Shown piece by piece: positions 30,902 through 40,023 of a stretch of 64,000 nt of DNA (position 1 is the first letter of the stretch; the number at the start of each line of letters is the position of its first letter). The notes beneath the pieces were generated by a model, which saw only the letters and a list, made by a program, of their open reading frames with translations, was not told the origin of the DNA and made no database searches. A program made the position numbers and the translations under genes. Source of the DNA: a bacterium (GTDB taxonomy: Bacteria > UBA8248 > JACPRG01 > G963555815). The DNA lies in the NCBI GenBank assembly GCA_965261595.1, contig CBDHDG010000002.1, positions 192,001-256,000 of the forward strand. The letters are read 5' to 3'.

Positions 30902-32032
30902 ATGGGAAATCCAAGAGTCAAGGGGGTTAACGTGGGTAAGAGGGTTCTTCCCAGAGATGCAGCTTCCATAGAGGCCCTTCAAGACCCCGAAATTGAGGGA
31001 TACTTTCGGGAATCCCACCGCTTCAGCACTCCCGCTCCGTACAAGCTGATGCTTCTGGCCCAGGCCCCGAGCACGCTCAAGGCTTGGGCCCGGTTCTGGT
31101 GGGCGGTCTTTCGGAGAAACCCGATGGAGCATACCTTCATGGAGCTCCTCCGGGTTCATATTGCGCGTAATATCTTTTGCGAGTTCTGAGCAGACCAGCG
31201 GTCTGCCTTGGCAAGGCAGAGCGGCCTTACTGAGGAAAAGCTTGAAGGCCTATGCGATCTCGATGGCGGGGATTTTTCCGAGAGAGAGCGTGCGGGCCTT
31301 CAATTTGTTCAGGAGTTCACTGTAGACTTCGACGGAGCAAGGCCATTTTTAGAGGCGCTCGCGCCCTACTTCACGCGTGCAGAGATTGCCGAAATCACCA
31401 TATTTGCGGCCTGGCAGGCGAACGGCCTACGAACCATCCATTCTTGGGACGCGCATGAATTCCTGAATTCGCCGGATGTCCCTCTCCCTTACGCGGACGG
31501 GCCTTCACTATTCGTCCGCGACGACAACTCGATGGCTGGCAGCGTGGCGGCCGAACATCTCCAAAACGATCTACCCAGTTTCCCACCGTTCGACCGCGAA
31601 CCCCTTCCTGATGCGGAATCCATCTGGAACGCGTGGGAAAAACTTGGAACCCCCCCGAGGGCCTGGCTGGAATTTCTCTCCGCTTCGCCCCGCGCCCTCT
31701 GGGGTTGGGCGGAGTTCCACCAGTTGACCTATGAGGAGGGGGTGCTCCGCCGTTCGTTCAAAGCAAAGGTCTTGGCGAGGCTCGCCGACCTTGTCGATGT
31801 TCCATCCTGGCTGCAGGTTGAGCGCAACGCTCAAGCCCCTGAGGTTGACGATCGGTTGCATATTGCCCTTCGGTATGCGGAAGACCTCTTTGATGATTAT
31901 TTGGGTGTTGGGGACGAGGATTACCGAACGCTTCACAAGCATTTCAGAGAGGCCGAGGTGATGGAGCTTGGCAATTTCATTGGAATGCAGATTGGGAGTC
32001 TGAAGCTCGCACGAGTCATCGGAATTCACTGA
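30902..32032 (+). CDS. Probable selenoprotein, AhpD/carboxymuconolactone-decarboxylase-like, CxxU motif (376 aa)
   Basis: ORFs 30902-31189 and 31208-32032 are in the same frame, separated only by TGA at 31187-31189 in ELLRVHIARNIFCEF*ADQR; SECIS-like hairpin downstream. Confidence 0.75.
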
Positions 32033-32219
32033 AGGATCGGAAGACTATCCCGGGTTGCGGCTCTTTTGTTTCTGCCTTTACCACGTTGAAGACTCCTCCA
32101 ACGTCCTGACCGAGTGGTGACCTGCCCCCCCCTTTTTGTGCGACAGTCGATGTGAATCCTTCAGATGAGAACCCCGCGCGTTCCCGATAAACGGAGCGGG
32201 GGGTACCTCAGTTAGGCTT

Positions 32220-32711
32220 CTATCGCCTGATTCTCACGGGACCATTCTCCGTTGTAAATCTCATCCGTTGACATCGATCTCGTTTGCCCTTTCTGGTCTG
32301 GTAGCGGAAATTAGCTCCGCCGCATCCGAAAGCCGGCCCCCCGATATTGGCGGGAGCGGGGGCGCCCGCCGCGCAGATATCACGCCCGCTTCTCATCTCC
32401 CTCCCCCGCCTGCTCGTCAATGGAGGGCATTGAGGTTTTTTCGCTGAAGTGCTGCCCCATCTTCCTGTCGTCTTCGAGCATTCGAGTGTGACTCTCTTGG
32501 AGCTGTATGCGAGGGTGTCGTTGACCTCCGTGATCGGCCCGACGATCCGGACGTTCCACCCCCTGTCGCAGTAGGCATAGGGTTTCTTGGCCCCGCCGAA
32601 CGAAACGCGTCCCTTGAACCGGTTGGGGTGGTTTCGCCCGACGCTCATTGCGGCGTTCGGCACAAACAAAAGAGCCGATAGGAGGATGAAAATTATCTTC
32701 TTCATGTTCAT
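32220..32711 (-). CDS. Hypothetical secreted, basic, 6-Cys protein
   Basis: Classical signal peptide MKKIIFILLSALLFVPNAAMS; RBS GGAG; no recognisable family. Confidence 0.65.
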   Translation of the reverse strand: MNMKKIIFILLSALLFVPNAAMSVGRNHPNRFKGRVSFGGAKKPYAYCDRGWNVRIVGPITEVNDTLAYSSKRVTLECSKTTGRWGSTSAKKPQCPPLTSRRGREMRSGRDICAAGAPAPANIGGPAFGCGGANFRYQTRKGKRDRCQRMRFTTENGPVRIRR

Positions 32712-32835
32712 CTCCGCGTTCGTAGGGGTGTTGTAAGGTGACTTGCCTCCCTAAAGTTGCACCACAGGCCATCGCCGGTTATTTGAGCAAAGGCATCGGG
32801 TCAGGTCTACTAAGGGGGTCACTTTGTAGTTGACA

Positions 32836-32957
32836 TGTCATTCTGAGCAGAGCGAAGAATCTCGTATTGTTGTTGTACCGATTGTCGGATTTCTCTACGC
32901 GAAAGGCCACGGCGAGATCCCTCGTCGGAACCTAAAGGTCCCTCTGTCGGGATGAAA
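32836..32957. repeat. Palindromic REP-like element (TGTCATTCTGAGC..GCGAAGAATCT type)
   Basis: Left arm TGTCATTCTGAGCAGAGCGAAGAATCTCG and degenerate inverted right arm CGAGATCCCTCG...GGGATGAAA; a related element lies at 50743-50857. Confidence 0.55.
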
Positions 32958-33043
32958 TTCCGAGCCGACCGGCTGAAGATCCACCCCTAGAATGAATTGG
33001 CAAACGAGATCCCGCGTTGTTTTCCGGACTCAGTCGAGACTGT

Positions 33044-34480
33044 TTAGTCAAGACTGCGGTGGAGGTATTGTCCGCTCGGCTCCCCGACCATGTCGCCCTT
33101 CTCCATGACAACCTGTCCGCGGAGCATCGTCATGACCGGCCAGCCGGTGAGCTCCCTTCCCTCGAAGACGCAGAAGTCCGACGCCGTGTGAAGGTCCTTG
33201 CCCCGGACCGTCCGCTTCTCGTTCAGGTCGACCAGGACGAGGTCGGCGTCCGAGCCGACCTGGACGGCCCCCTTCCGGGGATAGAGGTGGAGCGCCTTCG
33301 CCACGTTTTCCGAGGTCACCTGGGCGATCCGCTCGATGGTGAGGCGGCCCTTGTTCACGCCCTCGCTGAGGAGCAGGGGCAGGAGGGTCGCGCTTCCCGT
33401 CATCCCCGAGGCGGACTGCCACACGTCTTCCTCGTTTACGATCTCTTCCCGGAAACCGGGGACGTGGTCCGTGCCGACGCACTGGATGTCGCCCGCCGCC
33501 AGTCCCGCCCACAGGGCGTCCGCGTTGGCCTCGTCGCGGATGGGCGGATGGTTGACGGCCCTCGCGCCGGGAAACGGCCAGTCGTTCTTTGAGATGGTCA
33601 GGTATTGCGTGCAGACCTCGGCCGTCATGTTCGTCCCTTCCGACCGGACCTTCTTGACCATTTCGAGCCCCATGGCCGAGTTCAGGTGGACGGCGTAGAC
33701 GTGGCAGCCGAGAAGCTTCGCGAAGAACCCGACCTTCAGGATGTCCACGGCTTCGAGATAGTCCGGCGAGGCTTCCTCCCAGGCCGCGAGGTCCTTCTTG
33801 CCGGCCGCCTTGACGCGTTCCTGGAGGATGCGGACCACCTGGCGGTTCTCGGCGTGGAAGGGCGCGACGCCCCCGATCTTGGCCACCGCCTCCAGGCCCA
33901 GGAAGAGGGTCCCGTCATCCCATGTGGTGGGGAGGCCGATCCGCGAGGACCAATGGGTGGCCTTGGCGTAGCCGAGATAAAACTTGAAGGAGGTGACGCC
34001 GCATTCCTCGGCGTAGAGGGGAATCTCCCTGGCGTGGTCGTCCGAGACGATGGCGAAGGTCAGGGCCATGTCCACGAAAGCCCGGTCGTTGATGATGTCC
34101 CGGGCCCGGGGGAAGACCTCGGCGAACGAGACCACGTCCTCCGGGTCCACGTATTTCTTGTAGGGCTGACCCAGGCGGGTGCTCTTGACGATCCCGACCA
34201 TCGTTGTGACGCCCCCGGCGGCGGCGCTGCGGGTCTCGGAGGCCACGTCGTCCTCGAACGGCCGGTAGGGGCCCGGGTGGGTGTGGGGATCGATGACGCC
34301 GGGGAGGAGATAATTCCCGCCCCCGTCGATGGTTTTCCGCGCGGGCGGAAGACGGCTCTCCTCGCCGATGGCCGCGATCCGGCCCTGGTCGATGGCGACG
34401 CCCGCATCCTTCAGGATGCCGGATGGCGTAACGACCCGTGCGTTCCGGATAACCGCGTCCACTTCCGGGTTGTTCGTCAT
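33044..34480 (-). CDS. Cyclic amidohydrolase (dihydropyrimidinase/allantoinase-like)
   Basis: PGVIDPHTH, GGVTT, SFKFY, FHAEN, GTDH, KGAVQVGSDADLV motifs. Confidence 0.88.
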   Translation of the reverse strand: MTNNPEVDAVIRNARVVTPSGILKDAGVAIDQGRIAAIGEESRLPPARKTIDGGGNYLLPGVIDPHTHPGPYRPFEDDVASETRSAAAGGVTTMVGIVKSTRLGQPYKKYVDPEDVVSFAEVFPRARDIINDRAFVDMALTFAIVSDDHAREIPLYAEECGVTSFKFYLGYAKATHWSSRIGLPTTWDDGTLFLGLEAVAKIGGVAPFHAENRQVVRILQERVKAAGKKDLAAWEEASPDYLEAVDILKVGFFAKLLGCHVYAVHLNSAMGLEMVKKVRSEGTNMTAEVCTQYLTISKNDWPFPGARAVNHPPIRDEANADALWAGLAAGDIQCVGTDHVPGFREEIVNEEDVWQSASGMTGSATLLPLLLSEGVNKGRLTIERIAQVTSENVAKALHLYPRKGAVQVGSDADLVLVDLNEKRTVRGKDLHTASDFCVFEGRELTGWPVMTMLRGQVVMEKGDMVGEPSGQYLHRSLD

Positions 34481-34489
34481 GGTTCGTCC

Positions 34490-34957
34490 TCAAGCAAAGG
34501 TGTGGGCGTCTTTGATGGCCTGGATGATCTCGTGGTACGTCGTGCAGCGGCAGATGTTCCCGGCCATGTACTCGCGGATCTCGGCTTCCGAGGGCTTGGG
34601 GTTCTCCTCGAGCAGGGCGGACGCCATCATGATCATCCCGGGCGTGCAGAAGGCGCATTGGAAGGCGCTGTGCTTCAGAAACGACTTCTGAAGAGGGTGA
34701 AGGTCGCCGTCCGGGGCGATCCCCTCCAGGGTCGTCACCTCCTTGCCCTCGGCGTAGCGCGCCAGGGTGATGCAGGACGCGATGGCCTCGCCGTCCAGCA
34801 GGACTGTGCAGGCCCCGCAGGCGCCCAGGCCGCACGTCTCCTTGGTGGCCTCGAGGCCGAGGTCGTTCCGCAGGGCGTCCAGGAGGAGTCTGTGGTCCGG
34901 GACGGTGATCTCATGGGTCTTTCCGTTCACCGAAAGCTGTAGGGGTCGTCCGTTCAT
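34490..34957 (-). CDS. Mo-hydroxylase 2Fe-2S subunit (CoxS/XdhC-like)
   Basis: CGLGACGACTV, QCAFCTPG, GNICRCT. Confidence 0.93.
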   Translation of the reverse strand: MNGRPLQLSVNGKTHEITVPDHRLLLDALRNDLGLEATKETCGLGACGACTVLLDGEAIASCITLARYAEGKEVTTLEGIAPDGDLHPLQKSFLKHSAFQCAFCTPGMIMMASALLEENPKPSEAEIREYMAGNICRCTTYHEIIQAIKDAHTFA

Positions 34958-37302
34958 GAAACCGGTTCTCCCGCTTTTTCGCGTAGCAGCGCCAGGATGG
35001 ACTCCGGGGTCATGGGTAGATGTTTCGGCCGGATCCCGGTGGCGTGGAAGATGGCGTTGGCGATGGCCGGGGCCGTCGCGCCGATGGAGGATTCGCCCAC
35101 CCCCTTGGCCCCGAAAGGTCCGTTCCGGTGGGGGTTCTCGACCATGAACGACCTGAAGCGATCGGGCGTTTCCATGAAGGAGGGCAGGGCGTAATCGAGC
35201 AGGTTGGGGTTTGTCGGCTGGCCGTTGTCGAACTTGAGCTCTTCATAGAAGGTCTGGCCGATCCCCTGGGCGGCGGCCCCGCCGATTTGCCCCAGGCAAT
35301 GGACCGGGTGGATGGCCCGGCCTACGTCCACGGTGCTCACGAAATCGAGGATCTTCACCTCTCCCGTATCGGTGTCGACCTCGACCTCGGCCGCGCAGGC
35401 CCCGACGAACCAGAAGGCCGTGGTGGTGTCGGCCTGGCCCGTCTCCGGGTCGAGCTTCCCCCCCTCGGTTTTCATCACCCCCCGGCCCAGGATGTTGCCG
35501 CCCTTTGTATTGAAGTGGCCCTGGACCAGCTCCTCGACCGTCAGGCCCCGTTCCGGGTTTCCGCGGACGGCGATCCGCCCCTCGACGATTTCGAGGTCAT
35601 CCGCGCTCGCCTCGAGCATCTCGGCCGCAATCTCGATGAGCTGGTTGCGGGCGTCGATGGCCGCCATCTGGACGGCTGTCCCCATGTGGAAGGTGGAGCG
35701 GCTCGAGCTGGTCGTCAGGTCGTAGGGGGTCACGTCCGTATCAGGCTGGGCCCGGGAGATGACGGAGAGCGGGACGCCCATCTCCTCGGCCACGATCTGG
35801 GAGAGAAGCGTATCGGCCCCCTGGCCCATCTCGATGGTGCTCGAAAGCAGGGAGACCGTGCCGTCCTCGTTCACCTTGATGAAGGCCGAGGAGGTCGAAG
35901 GGGTGAGGGTGCTCTTGATGATGCAGGCGAGGCCTTTGCCCCGGGCCTTGCCGGACGAGGCGGGGCCGCACGGCTTTCCCCAGCCGATGGCCTCGCCGGT
36001 CTTCTCCAGAACGGCTTTGAACCCGACGCTGTGGAGCTTCGCGCCGGTGGCGAAGATGGTCCCCTCCTCGACGACGTTCTTTTGCCGGATCTCCAGCGGG
36101 TCCATCCCCAGGGACTGGGCGATGTCGTCCATTTGGGATTCGAAGGCCCAGGCCACCTTGGGGACGCCGAACCCCCGAAAGGCCCCGCCGGGCGGCTTGT
36201 TGGTGTAGACGCAATAGGAATCCACGTGGATGTTGGGGATCTTGTAGGGACCCGCCGATACGTATCCGCCGTTCTTGACGACGCGGGGGGAGATGTCGCA
36301 ATACGCCCCGATGTCCCAGTGGATGGTCACCCGGCGGGCGTGCAGGCCGCCGTCCTTCTTGACCGCCGTCCGCAGGTTCACCCAGGCCCCGTTCTTCGTC
36401 ACCGTATAAAAGACCTCTTCCCGGGTCAGCTCGAGGCGCACGGCCTTCCCCGACTTCCTGGCCAGCATCGCCACGACGGGCTCGAGCTTGGGGTAGGTCT
36501 TGCTTCCGTACCCGGAGCCCAGATGAGGGACGATGATCCGGACCTTTGTCACGGGAATCTTGAACAGGTTCGACATGACGGTTCGGACGGTGAAGGGATT
36601 CTGCGTGCCGTCCCACAGGGTCAGCTTCCCGTTGTGGTCCCACTGGCCGATGCAGACGTGGGGCTCCATCGCCATGTGCTGGGTCGTGGGGCAGTAGTAG
36701 TCGTCCTCGAAGACCTCGTCCCCGTCGCTGAAGCCCTGGTCGACGTCGCCGCGGCGGAGCTTGAAGTGGTAGCCGATGTTCGAGTTCGGGATGCTGTTCA
36801 GGGTGGACAGGTCGCCGTAAGAGCGCTTGGGCTTGCGGAACTCGTCGTGGAGGATGGGCGCCCCTTCCGCCGCGGCCTCCCGGGAATCGAGGACGGAGGG
36901 CAGCTCCTCGTACTCCACGTCGATCAGCTCCAGGGCCTCCTCGGCGGTCTCCACGTCGTCGGCCGCCACGGCGGCCACAACGTCTCCGACGAAGCGCACC
37001 TTGTCGATGGCGACGATGGACTGATCGAGCAGGGCCACGCCGTAGTAGGGGTCGATGTCCTCGCGGCCCGTGATGTCGTCCCGCGTGAGGACGGCGGCGA
37101 CCCCGGGCAGCCGCTCGGCGCGCGAGGCGTCCACCTTCAGGAGCCGGGCGTGGGGCAGGCGGCTTCTCAGAACCTTGGCGTGGATCATCCCCGATGTCTT
37201 GATGTTGATGGAGTAGGGGGAGAGACCCCGCACCTTCTCGACGCCGTCCAGCCGGGGCGGGGAGGCGCCCACGACCGTGAAGGGATTTGTTTTGGTTGCC
37301 AC
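34954..37302 (-). CDS. Xanthine dehydrogenase-family molybdopterin-binding large subunit
   Basis: GTG start at 37302; DKVRFVGD, QHMAMEP, GSGYGSK, GAFRGFG, EMGQG, GAKGVGE motifs. Confidence 0.92.
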   Translation of the reverse strand: MATKTNPFTVVGASPPRLDGVEKVRGLSPYSINIKTSGMIHAKVLRSRLPHARLLKVDASRAERLPGVAAVLTRDDITGREDIDPYYGVALLDQSIVAIDKVRFVGDVVAAVAADDVETAEEALELIDVEYEELPSVLDSREAAAEGAPILHDEFRKPKRSYGDLSTLNSIPNSNIGYHFKLRRGDVDQGFSDGDEVFEDDYYCPTTQHMAMEPHVCIGQWDHNGKLTLWDGTQNPFTVRTVMSNLFKIPVTKVRIIVPHLGSGYGSKTYPKLEPVVAMLARKSGKAVRLELTREEVFYTVTKNGAWVNLRTAVKKDGGLHARRVTIHWDIGAYCDISPRVVKNGGYVSAGPYKIPNIHVDSYCVYTNKPPGGAFRGFGVPKVAWAFESQMDDIAQSLGMDPLEIRQKNVVEEGTIFATGAKLHSVGFKAVLEKTGEAIGWGKPCGPASSGKARGKGLACIIKSTLTPSTSSAFIKVNEDGTVSLLSSTIEMGQGADTLLSQIVAEEMGVPLSVISRAQPDTDVTPYDLTTSSSRSTFHMGTAVQMAAIDARNQLIEIAAEMLEASADDLEIVEGRIAVRGNPERGLTVEELVQGHFNTKGGNILGRGVMKTEGGKLDPETGQADTTTAFWFVGACAAEVEVDTDTGEVKILDFVSTVDVGRAIHPVHCLGQIGGAAAQGIGQTFYEELKFDNGQPTNPNLLDYALPSFMETPDRFRSFMVENPHRNGPFGAKGVGESSIGATAPAIANAIFHATGIRPKHLPMTPESILALLREKAGEPVS

Positions 37303-38186
37303 TATCCGTCTCCTTGCTTCGCGGGCCAAACCCGCTCCAGGGCGCGGCGGACGTAGACCTTCGTCAGGTCCTTCTTGTACCAGGCTGAGGCCCGGCCGTC
37401 GTCCATCGGCTCGACGCGGGAGGCGACGTATTCCCCGATTTCCCGGAAGAGGGCGTCCGTGCCCGATTTTCCGCGGGCCAAATCCGCGACGCCCGGGATC
37501 TCCCGGATCCTGGATTCCACCGACCCCATGACGATCCGGAGGCCGGCCGCTTCCCCGTTCCCGCTCCCCTGGGCGAATGCGGCGACCCCGAGGGCCGGCC
37601 AGTCCGTCGAGGTGGCGGTTGTGTGCTTGAGATAGGCCGCCCGGAGGTCCCGGGGCGGGTCGGGGATGATCACCTCGAGGGCCAACTCCCCCGGTTTGAG
37701 GGCGGTTTCCAGGTAGTCGACGAAAAAATCCTCCATCGGGATGGTCCGCCCGTTGGACGGGCTCCCGGGCCCGGCGCAGCGTAGGGCCGCCCCGAGGCCG
37801 ACCAGGACCGGGGCCGCGTCGGAATGGGGATCTCCGTGGCAGATCTCGCCGCCGAGGGTCCCCATGTTGCGGATGCGCACGTTTCCGACGAGATGCTCGG
37901 TCTCCGCGAACACGGGACACCGCTCCCTCACGAGGGGGGCGTTCTCGATTGTCCGGTGCGTCACCAGACAGCCGATTCGCAGACCGGTCCCCTCTTCGTA
38001 AGTGACGTGTCGCAGCTCATCGAGTTTTCGCAGGCTGATGATCCGTTTGGGCCGGGCGATGCGCTGCTTGATGAGGATCATCAGGGCGACGCCGCCCGCC
38101 ATGACGGGGACGTCCTCGCCCTCCCGCGCCATCACGTCCAGCGCCTCTTCCAGACCCTCCGGTTCTATCATCTCGAATCGACTCAT
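37302..38186 (-). CDS. Mo-hydroxylase FAD-binding subunit (CoxM-like)
   Basis: AGGVAL, IRNMGTLGGEICHGDPHSD motifs; RBS GAGGAG before ATG 38186. Confidence 0.9.
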   Translation of the reverse strand: MSRFEMIEPEGLEEALDVMAREGEDVPVMAGGVALMILIKQRIARPKRIISLRKLDELRHVTYEEGTGLRIGCLVTHRTIENAPLVRERCPVFAETEHLVGNVRIRNMGTLGGEICHGDPHSDAAPVLVGLGAALRCAGPGSPSNGRTIPMEDFFVDYLETALKPGELALEVIIPDPPRDLRAAYLKHTTATSTDWPALGVAAFAQGSGNGEAAGLRIVMGSVESRIREIPGVADLARGKSGTDALFREIGEYVASRVEPMDDGRASAWYKKDLTKVYVRRALERVWPAKQGDG

Positions 38187-38650
38187 CGGCTCCTCGGGTT
38201 TTAGTGTGTTCTCAGGACGGTCCAGACCGAAACGGTCCAGACCGGAATGTTCCGGACCGGGACGGCTCGGCCGCCTTTTGAAGTTCTTCTTCCGGGAGAC
38301 GGCCTTTCCCCGATCGAAGCCCCGCCAGCGGGAATTCCGCCGGCCGCCTCTCCGCGATGGTCCAAAAGGCACCTTATCCCTTGTTCGGCTTGGCGGTGAT
38401 TCTAGGGGAGGCGGCCTGTTGTGTCAACAACAGCCTCGCGAATGTACACATTGCCTGGGTCTTCAGACAGGGCCGCACCCACAATTCTGACAAAGGATAA
38501 GGAAGGTCAGCCATGTTTTTTGGCGAGAAATTCAGCTTGAGGTCCTACTCATTGACTGCCCCCCCCCTCCCCCCTCTCCCCCATGAGGGCCATGACCCGC
38601 GCGCGGGAGAGGCCTCCCGCTTCCTTGTGAGTCCCCTTGTAGCTGTTTCC

Positions 38651-38743
38651 ATGCCGATCGGTTTCGCGCTCTGGGATGGGAGCAGGAGGGATCGCAACGG
38701 CCAGAAGGCCGTGACGACCTGGTACAAGCTGCGGATCCAATAG
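38651..38743 (+). pseudogene. C-terminal remnant resembling an ethylbenzene-dehydrogenase-gamma/heme-b (EB_dh) domain
   Basis: MPIGFALWDGSRRDRNGQKAVTTWYKLRIQ* resembles the FAVWDG...ER.G.K..S.W signature. Confidence 0.5.
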
Positions 38744-38798
38744 AGAAGAGCTTTCTCTTTTGGAGGCTTGGACCAAAGAAACGCGCTGAAGAACATTC

Positions 38799-38941
38799 TG
38801 AGACACACTTGAGACAGTCATGAGATATGGATCTGCCTCAAATGACACGAGCCCATGAACTGCCGAGAATCTCCAATGTGATATAATGGGTTGATTATTG
38901 TTCGGTTATAGGCGCTTCCCATTTCTGGCACGACGATTGCT
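38799..38941 (+). promoter_or_regulatory. Sigma-54 promoter with IHF site and putative enhancer repeats
   Basis: TGGCAC-N5-TTGCT at 38926-38941; IHF consensus AATCAA-CCCA-TTA on the minus strand at 38884-38896; three TGAGA(C/T)A repeats at 11-bp spacing at 38799-38827. Confidence 0.8.
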
Positions 38942-39019
38942 CTTAATGTCTTGGTGACATCAATATTCCAGTTCAAACAGAAATAATATGGGTCCTATTC
39001 ATAAAGATGGATTTGGAGG

Positions 39020-39877
39020 ATGGGGAGCATGAAGGTCCAAGGGAGGGCGAACCGAATCAGTGTTCGGCCGGCGGGATTCATCCTGGGAATGATCTTCATG
39101 GCGGGCGTTGCCGCCGGTGAAGCGCCGGCCCGGACCGAAGAGGTGTTTGTTTACGACATCAGCTTCCTTTTCTTCCGGAATGCCGCGGAAGGGACCCTCA
39201 CCCTCCGATACCTTCCCGGCCGCGATCTCTACGAGGGCGTTCTCCGGGCGAAGACCAAGGGTTTCATCGGTTTTTTGAGTCTCGCCCGCAAAGACACCTA
39301 TCGATCATTGATGCGCCTGTCCGAGGATGGGAAAAGGCTGATCCCCATACAGTTCTCCAAACAGGTCAGCATGTGGGGATACCAGGGCTCCAGCACAACG
39401 AATTTGGATTACAACCTCGGGATTATCTGGTGGAATTCGACCGAGAAGACAGGCGGCGAGACCACGCGGGAAATCAAGGCCCATCCCATTCCCGAAGGCG
39501 TCGTGTACGAAGACTTCATCTCCGCCTTTTTCAACCTGCGAAGGGGCGCCTAGGGACCCATCGAGCCGGGGCGGCGATATACGCTTCGGGCCCTGCCCAC
39601 CCGGCAGGCCTTCAAGAAGGGCGGCAACAAATCTCAGACCTTCTCCATCAAAGTCCGCCAATCGAATGCCGGGGACGCCCCCGGGAAGGTGGTTTCGATC
39701 AACGTCCCCAAAGATCTTTTCGGCCAGCGGGTCGGGGACATCCAGTTTCACCTGGAAGAAAATCTGACGCCGTCCCGGATCCTGGTCGAGAATGTTCTGC
39801 TCTTCGGCGACATGAAGGACAAGCTGCGCACCCACCGCGTCGCCGGAGAGCGGCGACTGGCCGCACAGCTTCGCTGA
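39020..39877 (+). pseudogene. Exported protein (DUF3108-like) with in-frame TAG
   Basis: Signal peptide; TAG at 39551-39553 is followed by 107 more open codons in the same frame to TGA 39877. Confidence 0.6.
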
Positions 39878-40023
39878 GGAAACCAACGGGACGCTTCCAG
39901 GGAGGTTTTTCGGAGGTTACCCCACGGTGTTCTGTTGGAAGAACACTGGCCTCCCTCCCACACCGGCAAGACGGGCGCCCATTCGGCGCCCGTTTCGTTT
40001 TGGACGCGCGGAGAGGATAGCGG

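Noticed and set aside
32211..32217. attC site after the Cys-rich ORF (GCCTAAC on the minus strand just past the stop)
   Set aside because: Only the 7-bp core is present; no matching L boxes or GTTRRRY partner was found.
34954..37302. Aerobic form I CO dehydrogenase
   Set aside because: Lacks the AYRCSFR Cu-binding loop; has GAFRGFG.
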